From NCBI RefSeq assembly GCF_964355755.1, contig NC_092670.1, positions 21,624,795 through 21,688,794 of the forward strand: a DNA stretch of 64,000 nucleotides, in the 5' to 3' direction. How positions within the stretch are numbered: the stretch's first letter is position 1; each line of letters begins with the position of its first letter. The notes under the pieces were generated by a model. That model made no database searches, was not told where the DNA came from, and worked only from the letters and a program-made list of their open reading frames with translations. Position numbers and translations under genes: made by a program. Below, piece by piece: positions 52,331 to 64,000 of this stretch. The stretch is from Antedon mediterranea (lineage: Eukaryota > Animalia > Echinodermata).

Positions 52331-55300
52331 TAATTTATTAATTAATTAATCAGAACAAATGGATAGCCTCGTCTCGGTAGAGCCTATACAGTACAATTGA
52401 ACTACCGTACCGTACCACTAAACAGTATGTGAACGAAGTTTTTAGCAAAGCGCCACTAGGCCTACGTGTTTGTTTGTAGTTGTTTACTACTGACTATAAG
52501 ATCATCACCGGATGTCCATTGTTCACAAAGTGTTCAAAAGTAATCATGATATCCGTTGTGTGTATTAAAGGATCATTACATTAATGAAAACTCACTACTC
52601 ATGATAATACAACCAGTGAAAGTTTCATTCTTCCTTGATAAACATATATAACAATAAAGGTTCTTAAAAAAAAGAGGGGGGGGGGGGTGGTGGTGCGGAG
52701 ATTGTAAATGCCCAAATTGAATAAGACTATCAGGCTTAGGAGGGCCAACTAAACTTCGGTAAAATGTAGATAATATTCTAGTCAGCCCGGCATTGTCTCG
52801 AGAGTAGCTCACGTTTAATACAGTACAGTATTCATAACGGGTCAAGACTGTTGTAAGAAATATATCAGCAGAAAGTATTCAAAAATTAATATTATCCCTA
52901 GATAGAATTGCACACTTGGTGGTATATAACCGTATGTTAATTCGTATATAACAGAAAATACATAATTAAACTACCTGAATATTATCATAGTCATGATGAA
53001 AAAACCTTGAATATTACCATACATTATTTTGCAAGGAATACGAACAATTATATTTTTGCGATACTCTCTTTTCACGACACAGACGATGAATGTTCAATTC
53101 GGTTTCGCTTTTGTTCTCTGCTAACCAAGCGTATGCCTATATATTAAACGAATCAACATAAGTAAAAGTAATATAACCATGCTTACCTAAAAATTGGCTG
53201 CCGGCAGGGAGCTAGTAAAATACGTACTTTAGAATAACGAACAACCCTTTCAATTGCAATTATTACATCTGCGCTATTGTGTTTAATGTCATTCAAACTT
53301 ATTCTATTTCACGTCAATCTTAGCAATTAGCGCCCTCGGCTTCAGTAAAAAAGCATTATCGAACTAGTAATAATGATCGAAGCTGTGATTTTATTAAGTT
53401 AACAATCCATTGTCGTCTGACTCATGCGGGAATGCGTCTGCGCAGTTGTACATGTACATCATTCGATTATGTCTAATTGCTCAGACTATCTAAGTCTTCG
53501 CTACGAGAGCTTCAACGAACCATCCATCCAATTTTAAATAAAACAGGGTAATTTAATTTTTACAAAATGTTATTGAATGTGATCATAAAATAGGCCTATA
53601 ATAATTAATAAATATTCATAATATAATATATAATGAATATTTTGTTTGCAACTAGCCTACATATAAGAAATGATATTTCAACACTGCATCTCGAGCTGTG
53701 TTCTGACTTTAAACTCAATTACTGTACAATATGTGTTAGGAGGAGGCATGAATAATAGTAGTTTTTCTCGAGTCTCCACACATAATACAACAAATGGTTA
53801 AACATGTAAGTGTGTTAAGAAAAGTAGCTTATTATACGAAACAATACACTGATTATGAATGTATGAAATCTTCAAAGGGCAGAATTTGTATAAACGAAAA
53901 AGGTCATATTAAGCCTCCGTAATTCAACTACAGCATATTATTCCGCAGTACTATCAGAAGAATGAACCACAACGGTGGGTAGGGCATACCAATCATTTTT
54001 CATGCGATGGGATGGAGAGGGGCACAGCTGGTTTATTCATTTCACGTAGGCCTACCTGTATTTTGTTTTAATTTCGCCTATGACATCTTTCCAAAATTAA
54101 AAGCCGGCGTGAATTATAATCCCGAAGACGGTGGGAAATGTTCGTCGTCGACCAAACGAGGGAATGAGCCGTTTGCTATTACAGAATCCAGCTGTCCAAA
54201 TAATAGTTCTTCATAAAGCTGACTAATTTAAAAACGTGCATTATCCTTCTCAGTATTTTATAGATCTATCTTACCTCGTTTATTTGTACTTATAGAAGTT
54301 AAACTAGTTTACACACACGCTAATTCATTCTGAATCCATATGGAAATGATGGTCATATCACCATTGCATTGGGCATATAATCACCCTATTTGGGTACATC
54401 ACACTTTTTTTTGTTAAACTATAGTTTGACAGTGTAGACAGAGCTTTAGAGTGTAACCCTCGAGTTCCACTCGGAGACTCGCCTACATCCTACCCAATGT
54501 TCTGAGTAGTATAGAGTAAACATTGCAGTCGATTTACGAAGGCCTTATTAACAACAGTTTATGCGAGCACACGCCATATTTATATTTTGTTTTATAATTC
54601 TCTCATTTAAAGCTATTGTAGTCAATAATATTGGAAGTCATTGGGTGAAGGACACTATCTATATTCAGAATTGAATGCACGTACAAAATTGAAAACGAAC
54701 AATTACATTAAATTAATGACAACAGCTGTAAGATATGTTTCTTTGTTATTTTTCACTGGAACTGGTGAAATAATGTTCTTCTTGAGATACGAGTTAACTT
54801 TAACATTCAAAGAAGAAGTATTTCGAGGAAAAAAATCGCTTAAATTATATATGAAGGGCTAGCATTGCCCGAAAGTTCGGTTAATTTTTCTGGCTGTTTT
54901 ACTTTTCGATTTAGCTTTTTGCTTATTTTATTTTATTTCTCCATTGAGATCCAGCCACTGATACCCACATCATTGTAATGTTTTTCAGTAATTTGTTTTT
55001 GGATTTATATAGGCCTATAGATATAGACCTAGTAATGATAATTACACTTTATTACACAGATAAAATCCCTGCGCTTCCAATCTCCATTATACAACGTTAG
55101 GCTTTTAGACCTATTTATTTTATATTTGTATATAAAATAAGTCTGTGAGGCTATCAAGAGGAACGACAGAGCTTCCTTGTTCCACCCTTAGGCAGGATCC
55201 AAACAAATCAATTGTTTATTAGCTAAAAATGCGACAGCTGTTATCTCATTCATATAATGAGTTGGTTTGTGCAAACCAACCGTGGTGGATCAATCAAAAC

Positions 55301-55564
55301 CCACAATTAAAGACTTTTAATTAAACACAATTTTATTTAGATTGGAGGACACTCTAACATTGTTAAAAAACCCGGCGTTAAATCCCTGAGAAAATGAGCT
55401 TACATAGAAACTATGGATAACGTCCATTGCAAGGTCCACAGAGGATTTAGACCAAGAATTCCATTCACACTGAATACATTTATAGGCCTAATACTTTAGA
55501 CCATGCGAGCAACACTACTACTGTATTTGTTAGATAAATCGTGAATTATTCCACCGAACTTTTG

Positions 55565-55757
55565 AGTTAAAATAACGATAGTGAGGCATTTAATGAATAG
55601 GCAAACTGCCTTAAAATGTAACATGTTTCAAGAAACTATTCTCATCATCAGAACAGAAAACAACGCTGTTCTGATGATGAGAATAGTTTCTCGAAACATG
55701 TCATATTTTAAGGCAGTTTGCCTATTTATTAAATGCCTCAATATCGTTATTTTAACT
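55565..55757. repeat. ~190-bp near-perfect palindrome (~92-bp arms, 9-nt loop)
   Basis: AGTTAAAATAACGATA...CATCATCAGAACAG-AAAACAACG-CTGTTCTGATGATG...TATCGTTATTTTAACT. Confidence 0.9.
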
Positions 55758-56391
55758 ACTACTGTACTATTTATTTGTTGCTCCATGGTTAAAAAGTGAA
55801 ATGATAACGACCGAGACAAAAGACTGGAGGAATTTAAATATATTTGGAAATACGTCAATGGTAGTGTCATCCCTCCTACGCACCGTCGTTCCAATTTCAA
55901 CAATAACAACAAAGTATATAATAAATATAGATACATTTTCAAACAGATAATTCGTGGCGCTTTTCAAGCTCAAACGGCGTAACCTCTTTTAGACTGTTGT
56001 TAGTCTTTTTTGTTATATAATTTTCAAAATCAATTCCTTTCAGTAAGTATGTTTTATTCTTTACTTTGAAGCTTTGAACCGTTGAGCTTATCTCATAAAA
56101 GCTATTTTCTTGTGTTATTCATTGGTCAAACACTATGTTAAATATCCGTAATCTTCTAACCAAGAACTGTTCGGGCGTAGGCATATATATATATGTGTGT
56201 GTGTGTGTTCTACTGACAATCCTACTGAGTTGGGAGTTCTTTACAGTAGTACAGTAGAGATAGAATACGAACGTAGGCATAAAATTCAGTTCAGCAAAAG
56301 TAAGTAGTCTTAACAGTATAAATGTTCACTATAACCAGTAGGCCTAATGTGTGCAAATAAACAAGTACATCCGGTCTATTAGTATTATTAG

Positions 56392-56506
56392 AAACAAGGC
56401 CAACAGCCATAAGTCGCGTGCTAAAACGCATAGTGATACCGGACCGACAGACAGACCGACCGACCGACATAGTGAACTATAGAGTCGCGTCCACGCGACA
56501 AAAAAC
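56392..56506 (-). mobile_element. Mini HINE/DINE-like element (same family as 20034-20165)
   Basis: GTCGCGTCCACGCGAC palindrome, (GACC)n microsatellite, AGTCGCGTGC subTIR, CAAGGCC end in an A-run. Confidence 0.7.
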
Positions 56507-56685
56507 AATTATGATCCTAACCTGGTACTTATATCAGGGAAGAGTGAAATTACACTCTTCCTTGCTTATATTTTATTTCGTATATGTTTGTAATACTTCT
56601 ATCTAGTTGTGAGCAACATACCCAGGGTTGAGCTGGTTTAGGCACATGGATTAGATCTGTAGGCCTATGGCCTAATATAATATAA

Positions 56686-58414
56686 CTAGCAATTATTCCC
56701 GCCCCAGGGCGGGTTTCAAAATTAGTTTAAAGGTTTCTAAGTATATAACACCCGACGCCAGTATGTCCCTATAGTTACTACACCCCACACTCTTTTTTAA
56801 AAACAAACTCTTCCCAGGACAAATCCAACTTCAAATGAGAGGGGTATACATAGCTACGATAGGCCTATGGTTTAAATACGTTGTAAACTTTGTAAATGAA
56901 TAGGTGTCATATTGGCTGATAATTAAAATATTTAATTTTGATCTGCGGGCCCCCAGCCTTCTTTCTCCTCTCACTATCCCAGCCACAATTAACCTTAACA
57001 ACGCTACCCATTGACAGTTAAAATTTAGTAACTTTTCCTAGTACAATTCCAATCATATACTTCATTATGCCAGTATTTTCGCTCCCCCTCCTGCCTCCTA
57101 ACACACCCCAGATACTGGACGATTCCAGAAAAATTATGTTAGCCATCACTCCCAACCCATAATTCCTCAGAGGCAGTTTTCAAATGTAGTACATTCCCAG
57201 TACAGTTTCAATCATGGTGATAGGCCTACATCCCCACCCCAAACTCTCATCCCCTTCCCAGGGATATTTAAAATACTTAAACAATTCCCTACCAATTTTG
57301 ATAATCTACTACACCTAGCCTAAGCAAAATCCCCACTATCCCCTGAACCCCAACTTTCACACCCTATCTCCTTCCCCCCACCCTCTTCCAACAATTACCC
57401 CTCCCCCGTTTTGAAATGTAGTTTTAAACCTTCCCGGTACAATTGCCATCATTTTGATACCCCATATTTATGGTTACATGCAGAAACATACATTTTTATA
57501 ACGAACAAACATCGAAAGTGGGAAAAGTGGGCCATTTTCACCCGACGCCAGTAGGCCTACCTCCCAATACTCACCAACCCCCACACTCTTATTTAAAATA
57601 CTTTAACATCTTCCAACCACAATTGCATATGTATGGTTATACATGCAGAAAGAGAAATTTGTATAACAAACAAACAACGAAAGTGGCCCATTTTGACCAC
57701 ATTGTGACCCCTAACTTGAATCCTAGATGGCGGATGATGTTCAAATAATATAGTAGTAGAACACAGTAATTGTAAAGAACGTGTATATGTTAACACATGT
57801 ATGGATGCCTGTAATGAGACAATCCAAGAGACTGATAGATAGCTGGATATGGTTAAAGTACTTTGCTAAATATGTAAATGAATTGGTGTCATATTGGTTA
57901 ATAATTAAAATATGTATATCTATATCTATATTTCCCCAAACGCCTTCCTAAGTATAATTCAAATACTGTAAAACATTTGTAGTATAATTTTACAATTCGA
58001 TAGCCTACAACCCCGAGCCCAAGCAAAAATGACATCACAAACTACCCCTCCCCCTCCCACAAAAACCCCAGGAGTCGGGGGAATTTTTGTAAATGTAATT
58101 TAAAACCTTCCGCGTACAATTGCTATCATTTTGATACCCCATACGTATGGTTACGTGCAGAAACAGAAATTTTTATAATGAACAAACATCGAAAGTGGGG
58201 GTTTTGACCACATTTTGGTCCCTAACTTGGATCCTAGGTGGCGGATGATGTTGAAATATAGCTTAGAACATTCCCGGTACAATTGCGGTCATTTTGATAC
58301 CCCATATGTAAGATTACGTGCAGTAACAAAAATTTGTATAACGAACAAACAAACAAACAGACAGACAAACAAACAGACAGACAGACAAACTCTCTCACTT
58401 ATAATATAGTTAGA
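56686..58414 (-). mobile_element. Non-autonomous canonical Helitron with internal duplications
   Basis: Minus strand: A|TCTAACTATATTATAAG..., (TGTC/TGTT)n microsatellite, 3' hairpin CCCGCCCTGGGGCGGG, then AATAATTGCTAG|T. Inserted at an AT dinucleotide with no TSD. Internal repeated blocks at 56750/57540, 56892/57874 and 57414/58091/58255. Confidence 0.85.
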
Positions 58415-58542
58415 TATAATAGTGCTAGGATTGGTACTTCGAACCATAAAGTCTGAGAGTGTCGATTGACGCGAACTCTGGTGGATGCGTACGTCTTAAA
58501 GTCACTCAGTAAGAATACTTCTAGCCATTCAACTATCAGCTC

Positions 58543-58702
58543 TAAAGCTCTGTCTACACTATCAAACTTTATGTGGCAAACAAATGTGATGTGCCCATAT
58601 ATGGACATGATGGTGTCATATCACTACCATATTTGGGCATATCACTACCATTTGGGCTCATCATTTTTTGTCAAACTAGTTTGATAGTGTGGACAAAGCT
58701 TC
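58543..58702. mobile_element. MITE family A, copy 5
   Basis: TAAAGCTCTGTCTACACTATCAAACT ... AGTTTGATAGTGTGGACAAAGCTT. Confidence 0.75.
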
Positions 58703-58837
58703 ATTCACCCCATATAATCTTTAAAAAGGAGTAATTTTCGAGAACATTACAATTTAATGTCACTTTGAAATCTAACCAAAACAATAATTCTCTATTTTTC
58801 AGTTCAGTTTAAATGGTACATTTTGCAAAAACGGAAT

Positions 58838-59899
58838 ATGATCGTTGAAGTAATATTAGGCGTTACAGTTGGTGTTCTTGTTACAGCTGTCTATGTCAAG
58901 TGTACACTTTTACGTACAAAATCAGACAATGTCGAACAACCGATACAAAGAGATGCAGACTCGTCTGAATCAGATGATGTACACACACAAACGACAGATA
59001 AAGATAATGGCCAATCAACACCAACTAAACAACGACGTGCAACTGTTGGTGGACCTGCAATAACGGTTGAAGATAAGCCAAACGGTGAAAAGCGACGCCA
59101 AACTGCTCCCGTATTAACATACAGCGGAGAAAGCCATGAAGAACCACATAACACCCGACAAAGAAAGAAATCAACATCACCAAGACCGTCTTTAGTTTAT
59201 GAAACTGATCAACTGGAGAATTCACCGAGAAGGCAAAGAAAAGATTCATCACCAAGACCGTCTTTAGTTGATGAAACTGATCAACTGGATAATTCACCGA
59301 GAAGGCAAAGAAAAGGATCATCACCAAGACAATCTTTAACTGTCATTGATCAAACTGATCACCTGGAAAATTCACCGAGAATTGAAAGAAGAAGATCGTC
59401 GCCAAAACACTCTTCAGGTGATCCCCAGGATTCTAGCCATTCTCCTGTTATAGGTTCACGCGGAAGACAAAGAACAAGATCGACATCACCAAGATCATCT
59501 TTAATTAGTACTGATCAAACGGAACACTCTTCACGAGGAAGACAAAGTAGAAGACCAAAGTCTCCATCTAGACCTTCTTTGGAAATACCCGCTGAAGATG
59601 AACCACTGGGAAATTCACAACGAAGGCGAAGATCAACATCGCCAAGACCACCGTCTTTAGAGCCATTTACTGATGCAGTAGAAATGTCTACCCTACACAT
59701 GCCAGTTTCACCAAGAATTCATACAAGAAGGACATCTTTGGCGGTTTATGCTCAGTCTCAGACTGCCAGGGCACAAACACAAAACAAACTAAACCAGAGA
59801 TCCAGACATAGAACGTCATTTCCATCAGTCGACGAGACCACTGAACAGACCACAGAAAAAGAAAACAAAAAACATAAGCTCTTCGGCCGTGGAAAATAA
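58838..59899 (+). CDS. Uncharacterised single-pass membrane protein with Arg/Ser/Pro-rich repeated tail (353 aa)
   Basis: >1-kb open frame in AT-rich DNA with a pyrimidine tract/AG acceptor just upstream (58801-58802). N-terminal hydrophobic anchor IVEVILGVTVGVLVTAVYV. ~24-aa repeats RQRKxSSPRPSLVDETDQLENSPR, diverged without breaking the frame. Confidence 0.75.
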   Translation: MIVEVILGVTVGVLVTAVYVKCTLLRTKSDNVEQPIQRDADSSESDDVHTQTTDKDNGQSTPTKQRRATVGGPAITVEDKPNGEKRRQTAPVLTYSGESHEEPHNTRQRKKSTSPRPSLVYETDQLENSPRRQRKDSSPRPSLVDETDQLDNSPRRQRKGSSPRQSLTVIDQTDHLENSPRIERRRSSPKHSSGDPQDSSHSPVIGSRGRQRTRSTSPRSSLISTDQTEHSSRGRQSRRPKSPSRPSLEIPAEDEPLGNSQRRRRSTSPRPPSLEPFTDAVEMSTLHMPVSPRIHTRRTSLAVYAQSQTARAQTQNKLNQRSRHRTSFPSVDETTEQTTEKENKKHKLFGRGK

Positions 59900-62819
59900 G
59901 CAAGTTATTGACACGAAAATTTGTCAATTAAATATAGCTTGCTGTTAGGAGTATAGAATTGCATACAGCTTTATTTCAACTATAAGACGCAACGCAAGGC
60001 CGTAAGAGCAACGCAAGTGATTCGAATAATCACAAGCAATGGACTATTTGCGTATCATTGGTCCACTCGCTTGCGTTGTGTCTACGTCATTACGTTGCGT
60101 TCTAGAGTGGGAACAAAGCTTAGCTCCTATGTGGATCTCGCGTCGATCGAATATTTTCTATAGGCCTAACTGCTTTATAATAATTATTTGGAAAACATAA
60201 GTTTATGCATGGATGAGTTGATGTGCAGTTGAATACGACGTTTTGATGAAGTCGATAACCTGCATTCAAATAATATTTACATGCTTTGTCAGCACCAACA
60301 TTCATGATTTTCTTTTTATTGAAACCAGATATTTTTTAGACATTATGTAATTTGCAAAATCTCTCAAAAAGTTCACATTTGAACTCTTTTTATCGTTACT
60401 AATACTAGTACAAAAATGGAGTCAAGCCTAAAATCCTTTACGGTTTCGAGGTCAAATTAGTTTCTAAAACGCATTGTTTGAAAATGATTGATTTATCCAA
60501 ATTAAATAACCTATTTATTACAATTGAAACTTCTTTCCTTTTAGTGCTTTTAAGTAAAGTGCAATGTATTCTTTCTATTCTTGAAACGGTAGTGGAAATA
60601 TGTAGAACAGCTAATGGAAATATGTTATTCAACAAAAACAGCATTTTAGAATTCACACTTTAATGATTCAGAATGCCTAATGAAAAACGTTTGGAATGTT
60701 CTAAGATATTTTAACTTTCATAACTGTTATGAAAGTGTATTGTTTATAATAAGTTGTATTGTTGCTTCTGTACGATAAACCAATAATATTTCCAGCACGG
60801 TATTTCTGTGTGTAAAATACAATAATTTTGTTAAATAATTCTCCAACTGAGGTAACCTAACGTGATTTCCAATTCCAAGAGTTGTTATTATTGTTAAAAC
60901 TGTTGTATTCCAAACGTTCCAGGATATGTTAACTTAAGTTTAACGACGCTGTTGTTGTCATACGCTAAAACACTCAAATCTGCACTATTTCATTTTTTTT
61001 AAACTAATTGTGTTATTCTCCAAATCAGGGAACAAATACTTTATGCTATTGCAGACTGATATTTTGTATTTTTTTTTGTTTTTTTTTTGGTGACAAAATC
61101 ACTTATATATAAACTTGTATATTCAATTTGTTTCAATTTTAATTAAACAATAACAGTGATGTAATTCAGGTTTTTAAAATTAATAGGTAGCCTATGCTAT
61201 TGCATATATCTGTGTACATAATAATTTAACACGTTACTTAATTTGGGATCAACTTATAGCCTTCAGAATGACAATGAATAAGATTTGTTGACCTCATTTT
61301 GTTTTCCTGTTTTTATTCAGCGATACAAACTATTGAATAAGCCAACCTCCCACACTTTGTGATCGGCTTTAAAAAAGAACTATTTCTGCGCATGACTGGC
61401 TATCTCCACATGAGTGGGTTTCGTTATCTGATAATATACTCATAAAACTCGTCTGCTGATAATAATTGAACTTACACTTCCGAAATAGTTAAAACGTATT
61501 ATCTGTATTTGATGTCATTTTCAGTTTGAATAAAAACGAGTTTATAGAAATCGTTTTAGTATTATTTGTTTATCATTGTGGTACAGTCACACTCCTATAC
61601 ATGAGATAAATGAAGAGCGCCCTTATATTATTGAAGTATGATCAAATATCTTATATACTAAAGATGGGACACTCTCGAAATTTTACGTGCAATTCATGTA
61701 ACACACATGGAGCTCATTTTATAGGGCGCCCTCTCGCTCAAATAAGTAGATTTATGGATCAGATACGTCTACTGTATGGTAACTGAATACTCAATTTTTT
61801 TCATCACAATAATTGCGGTAATGTGCAATTAAATTATAATGATAGACTTATTTCCTGTACTTTGTATATCTCTATTTGTTTTAATTAGTGAATATTGTTG
61901 TTATTATTGAATGTTTATCATCATCCTCAAAATCATCACCTAGGAGTAATCATCACTCACATCACTACTACTTATTTATGCGAGTCGGCTCTGGTATTAA
62001 CAACACTAAGCGCATCGTATTCCATTTTTGTTTTTGATGTGTGGTTCTTTTTCATCCAGCAGCAAAACAGTGCAGATTAGGAAAATATATTAGTCAAATA
62101 GTGTGTTATAAACAATTAAAAAAGAACAAGAAGTCACTTTTTAAAATCACTTCTTCGACTTTTTTATTGCAGTAATTTTTCGGAATATATTTATAAACAA
62201 TCATAGGCTTAAGCCTACAGGCATGATATGAAACAGATTATGATAGTCAATTCTGAGACAATTCATACTAGGCATACATGTAGCCATCATTCGCCATGAC
62301 ATTCATTTATTATTATAATTTATTTAAAACCTGAGATAACAATAAGTTATGTTATAGTAGTCTCAGATTAAAATTAACTCAATAACTATTGCGAAATGAT
62401 GCACGGGCCACCACCCAGAGGAAATATAAAAAATGTAGAAACATTGAAATAAAATCATCATATTTACAATTATTCAATCATCATACCAGGCCGTCGTAAT
62501 GATCATCATTTCTGGCCGCTAATACACAGACCGGGGCGCGTACAGACCTCTTACAACTTTACCATACCTCATAAATGTGATACTTTAATTAATTTTTTAC
62601 TCTTCTTCTTATCACTGATTATGTCTCTGTTGAAGAATATGCGTAGGTACGTACGTTTCAATTAGCAATGTTTCAATTGCTGGTGAACAAAGATTCAACT
62701 TCATACCAAATCTATGTAACATGGTACCGATTTTTAACTTTATTTTTCTGCTGATGTTTGATGTATGTAAGTATTTGTTAAAGTTAGAAACAAAAATCTT
62801 TTCCCAGATAGATAGGACA

Positions 62820-63008
62820 TTAACTACTTGGTGTGGTGGATTTGGGACATCAAATATTGTAGGAACTGCATTCCATAGAATCTTCTTGTGACTATCAGTA
62901 TTTGCGATTCTTCGAAATGAATATTGCACAAGTGGCAATTACGGTGTAAATAGGAACTTGGTTTCGTTCTCAAATCCGCGCGTCGTGTTTTCTGTGCCCA
63001 TTGCACAC
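62820..63008 (-). pseudogene. Frameshifted THAP zinc-finger exon (THAP12/PRKRIR-like, probably transposase-derived)
   Basis: W..KTRRADL...HLCNIHFEESQ in one frame and ILWNAVPTIFDVPNPP (AVPTIF motif) in another. AG acceptor at 63009-63010. Confidence 0.7.
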
Positions 63009-63201
63009 CTGTAAATTAATAATTGTCTAGTGAGTTTTTGCTTTATCATAATTAACGTTTACGTAATTATAGGACGTCTACGTGCATGCTAATTGATTTT
63101 CAAATTGGTTCGGGCCTAAAATCAAATACTTAAGCCTAACCTAAAACCATGCTAACTAACTAACGGTTGAATTTCATAAATATTAAGTATAAGATTCAAT
63201 T

Positions 63202-63770
63202 AAAAATTGTTTGTTAGGGCTACTCAACGGATAAGTAATATAACCAGGGAACAATACAAATAGTGTAATTTCACTGTTATTATAACTAATGTCCTAGCCT
63301 AATAATGATAATAATAATCATTTCATGCGTTAATATACTGTAATGTACGTAACGGCTAGTTAAATTAAACGAAATAAAATAACCATGAGACAGAAAGCAA
63401 ATATTAACCATGAGACGGAAAGCATGAAATAATCAAGATCACAATTTGTTTATATTAAGTATTTTTATTATTATTATTATTTGTATATGTAAAAAGAGGG
63501 ACTAGGCTAGGCCTACAGCGACATGCCAATTGGGCTTCTTGTAGTCTTTCGACCAAATTTTTACTTATATGCCAACAATTGTAATGATATATATTTGGTC
63601 AATAAATGTTTCTTGAATTGAAAGTTTTAAAAATTGTTTGTTAAGGGTACTAAATTTTAAAGGATACGTAATATAACCAGGGAACAGTGAAATTAGTGTA
63701 ATTTCACTGTTATATAACTAATGTACTAGTAGTAGCCTAATAATGATAATAATAATCATTTCATACGTTT
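63202..63770. repeat. ~140-bp direct repeat pair (63202-63331 / 63629-63769)
   Basis: Shared AAAAATTGTTTGTTA...ATATAACCAGGGAACA...TAGTGTAATTTCACTGTTAT...CCTAATAATGATAATAATAATCATTTCAT. Confidence 0.75.
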
Positions 63771-64000
63771 AAATAATAATTATTAATAATAGGCCTACCT
63801 AGCCTAGCCTAGGCTAGTTTATTAATATAGGCCTAGCCTAGGCCTAGCCTATGTATAAATTGAATACAGTAAAGTAGGATTAGTCCCTACATATCATGTT
63901 AAGATGTAGGATACTTATTTAATTAGATAAATTTACCTGTTCTTGTCTTTGGGAAAATTGTAAAGCTTAAGTTCTGGGTTGGCCTTTGGATTGCTTTTAC

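Noticed and set aside
55581-55942. Similar ORFs on both strands
   Set aside because: An artefact of the palindrome.

Overview
AT-rich, intron-containing animal genomic DNA, probably a marine invertebrate deuterostome. That assignment is an inference from a Deu-domain SINE and the repeat landscape; it is not prokaryotic. Genes: (1) the 3' part of a BAR-RhoGAP gene of the ARHGAP17/ARHGAP44/SH3BP1 family (+, exons 888-12491) with a candidate alternative last exon; (2) an intronless SBK1-like Ser/Thr kinase (+, ~42370-43530); (3) two intact tandem DHCR7 (7-dehydrocholesterol reductase) paralogues on the - strand (44924-47990 and 49378-51568) with identical exon lengths but clearly diverged proteins; (4) a single-pass membrane ORF with a 72-bp internal repeat that I cannot assign to a family (+, 58838-59899); (5) a frameshifted THAP12-like fragment. 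The rest is rich in MITEs, Helitron/Helentron-type non-autonomous elements, SINE/LINE fragments and minisatellites. The most striking structure is at 26.7-37.3 kb. It looks like a 1.4-kb tandem array, but it parses as five copies of a Helentron-like element nested inside each other's (TTTA)n microsatellite: 5 heads and 5 bodies balanced like parentheses, with co-segregating variants and a 3.15-kb unrelated block in the innermost copy.
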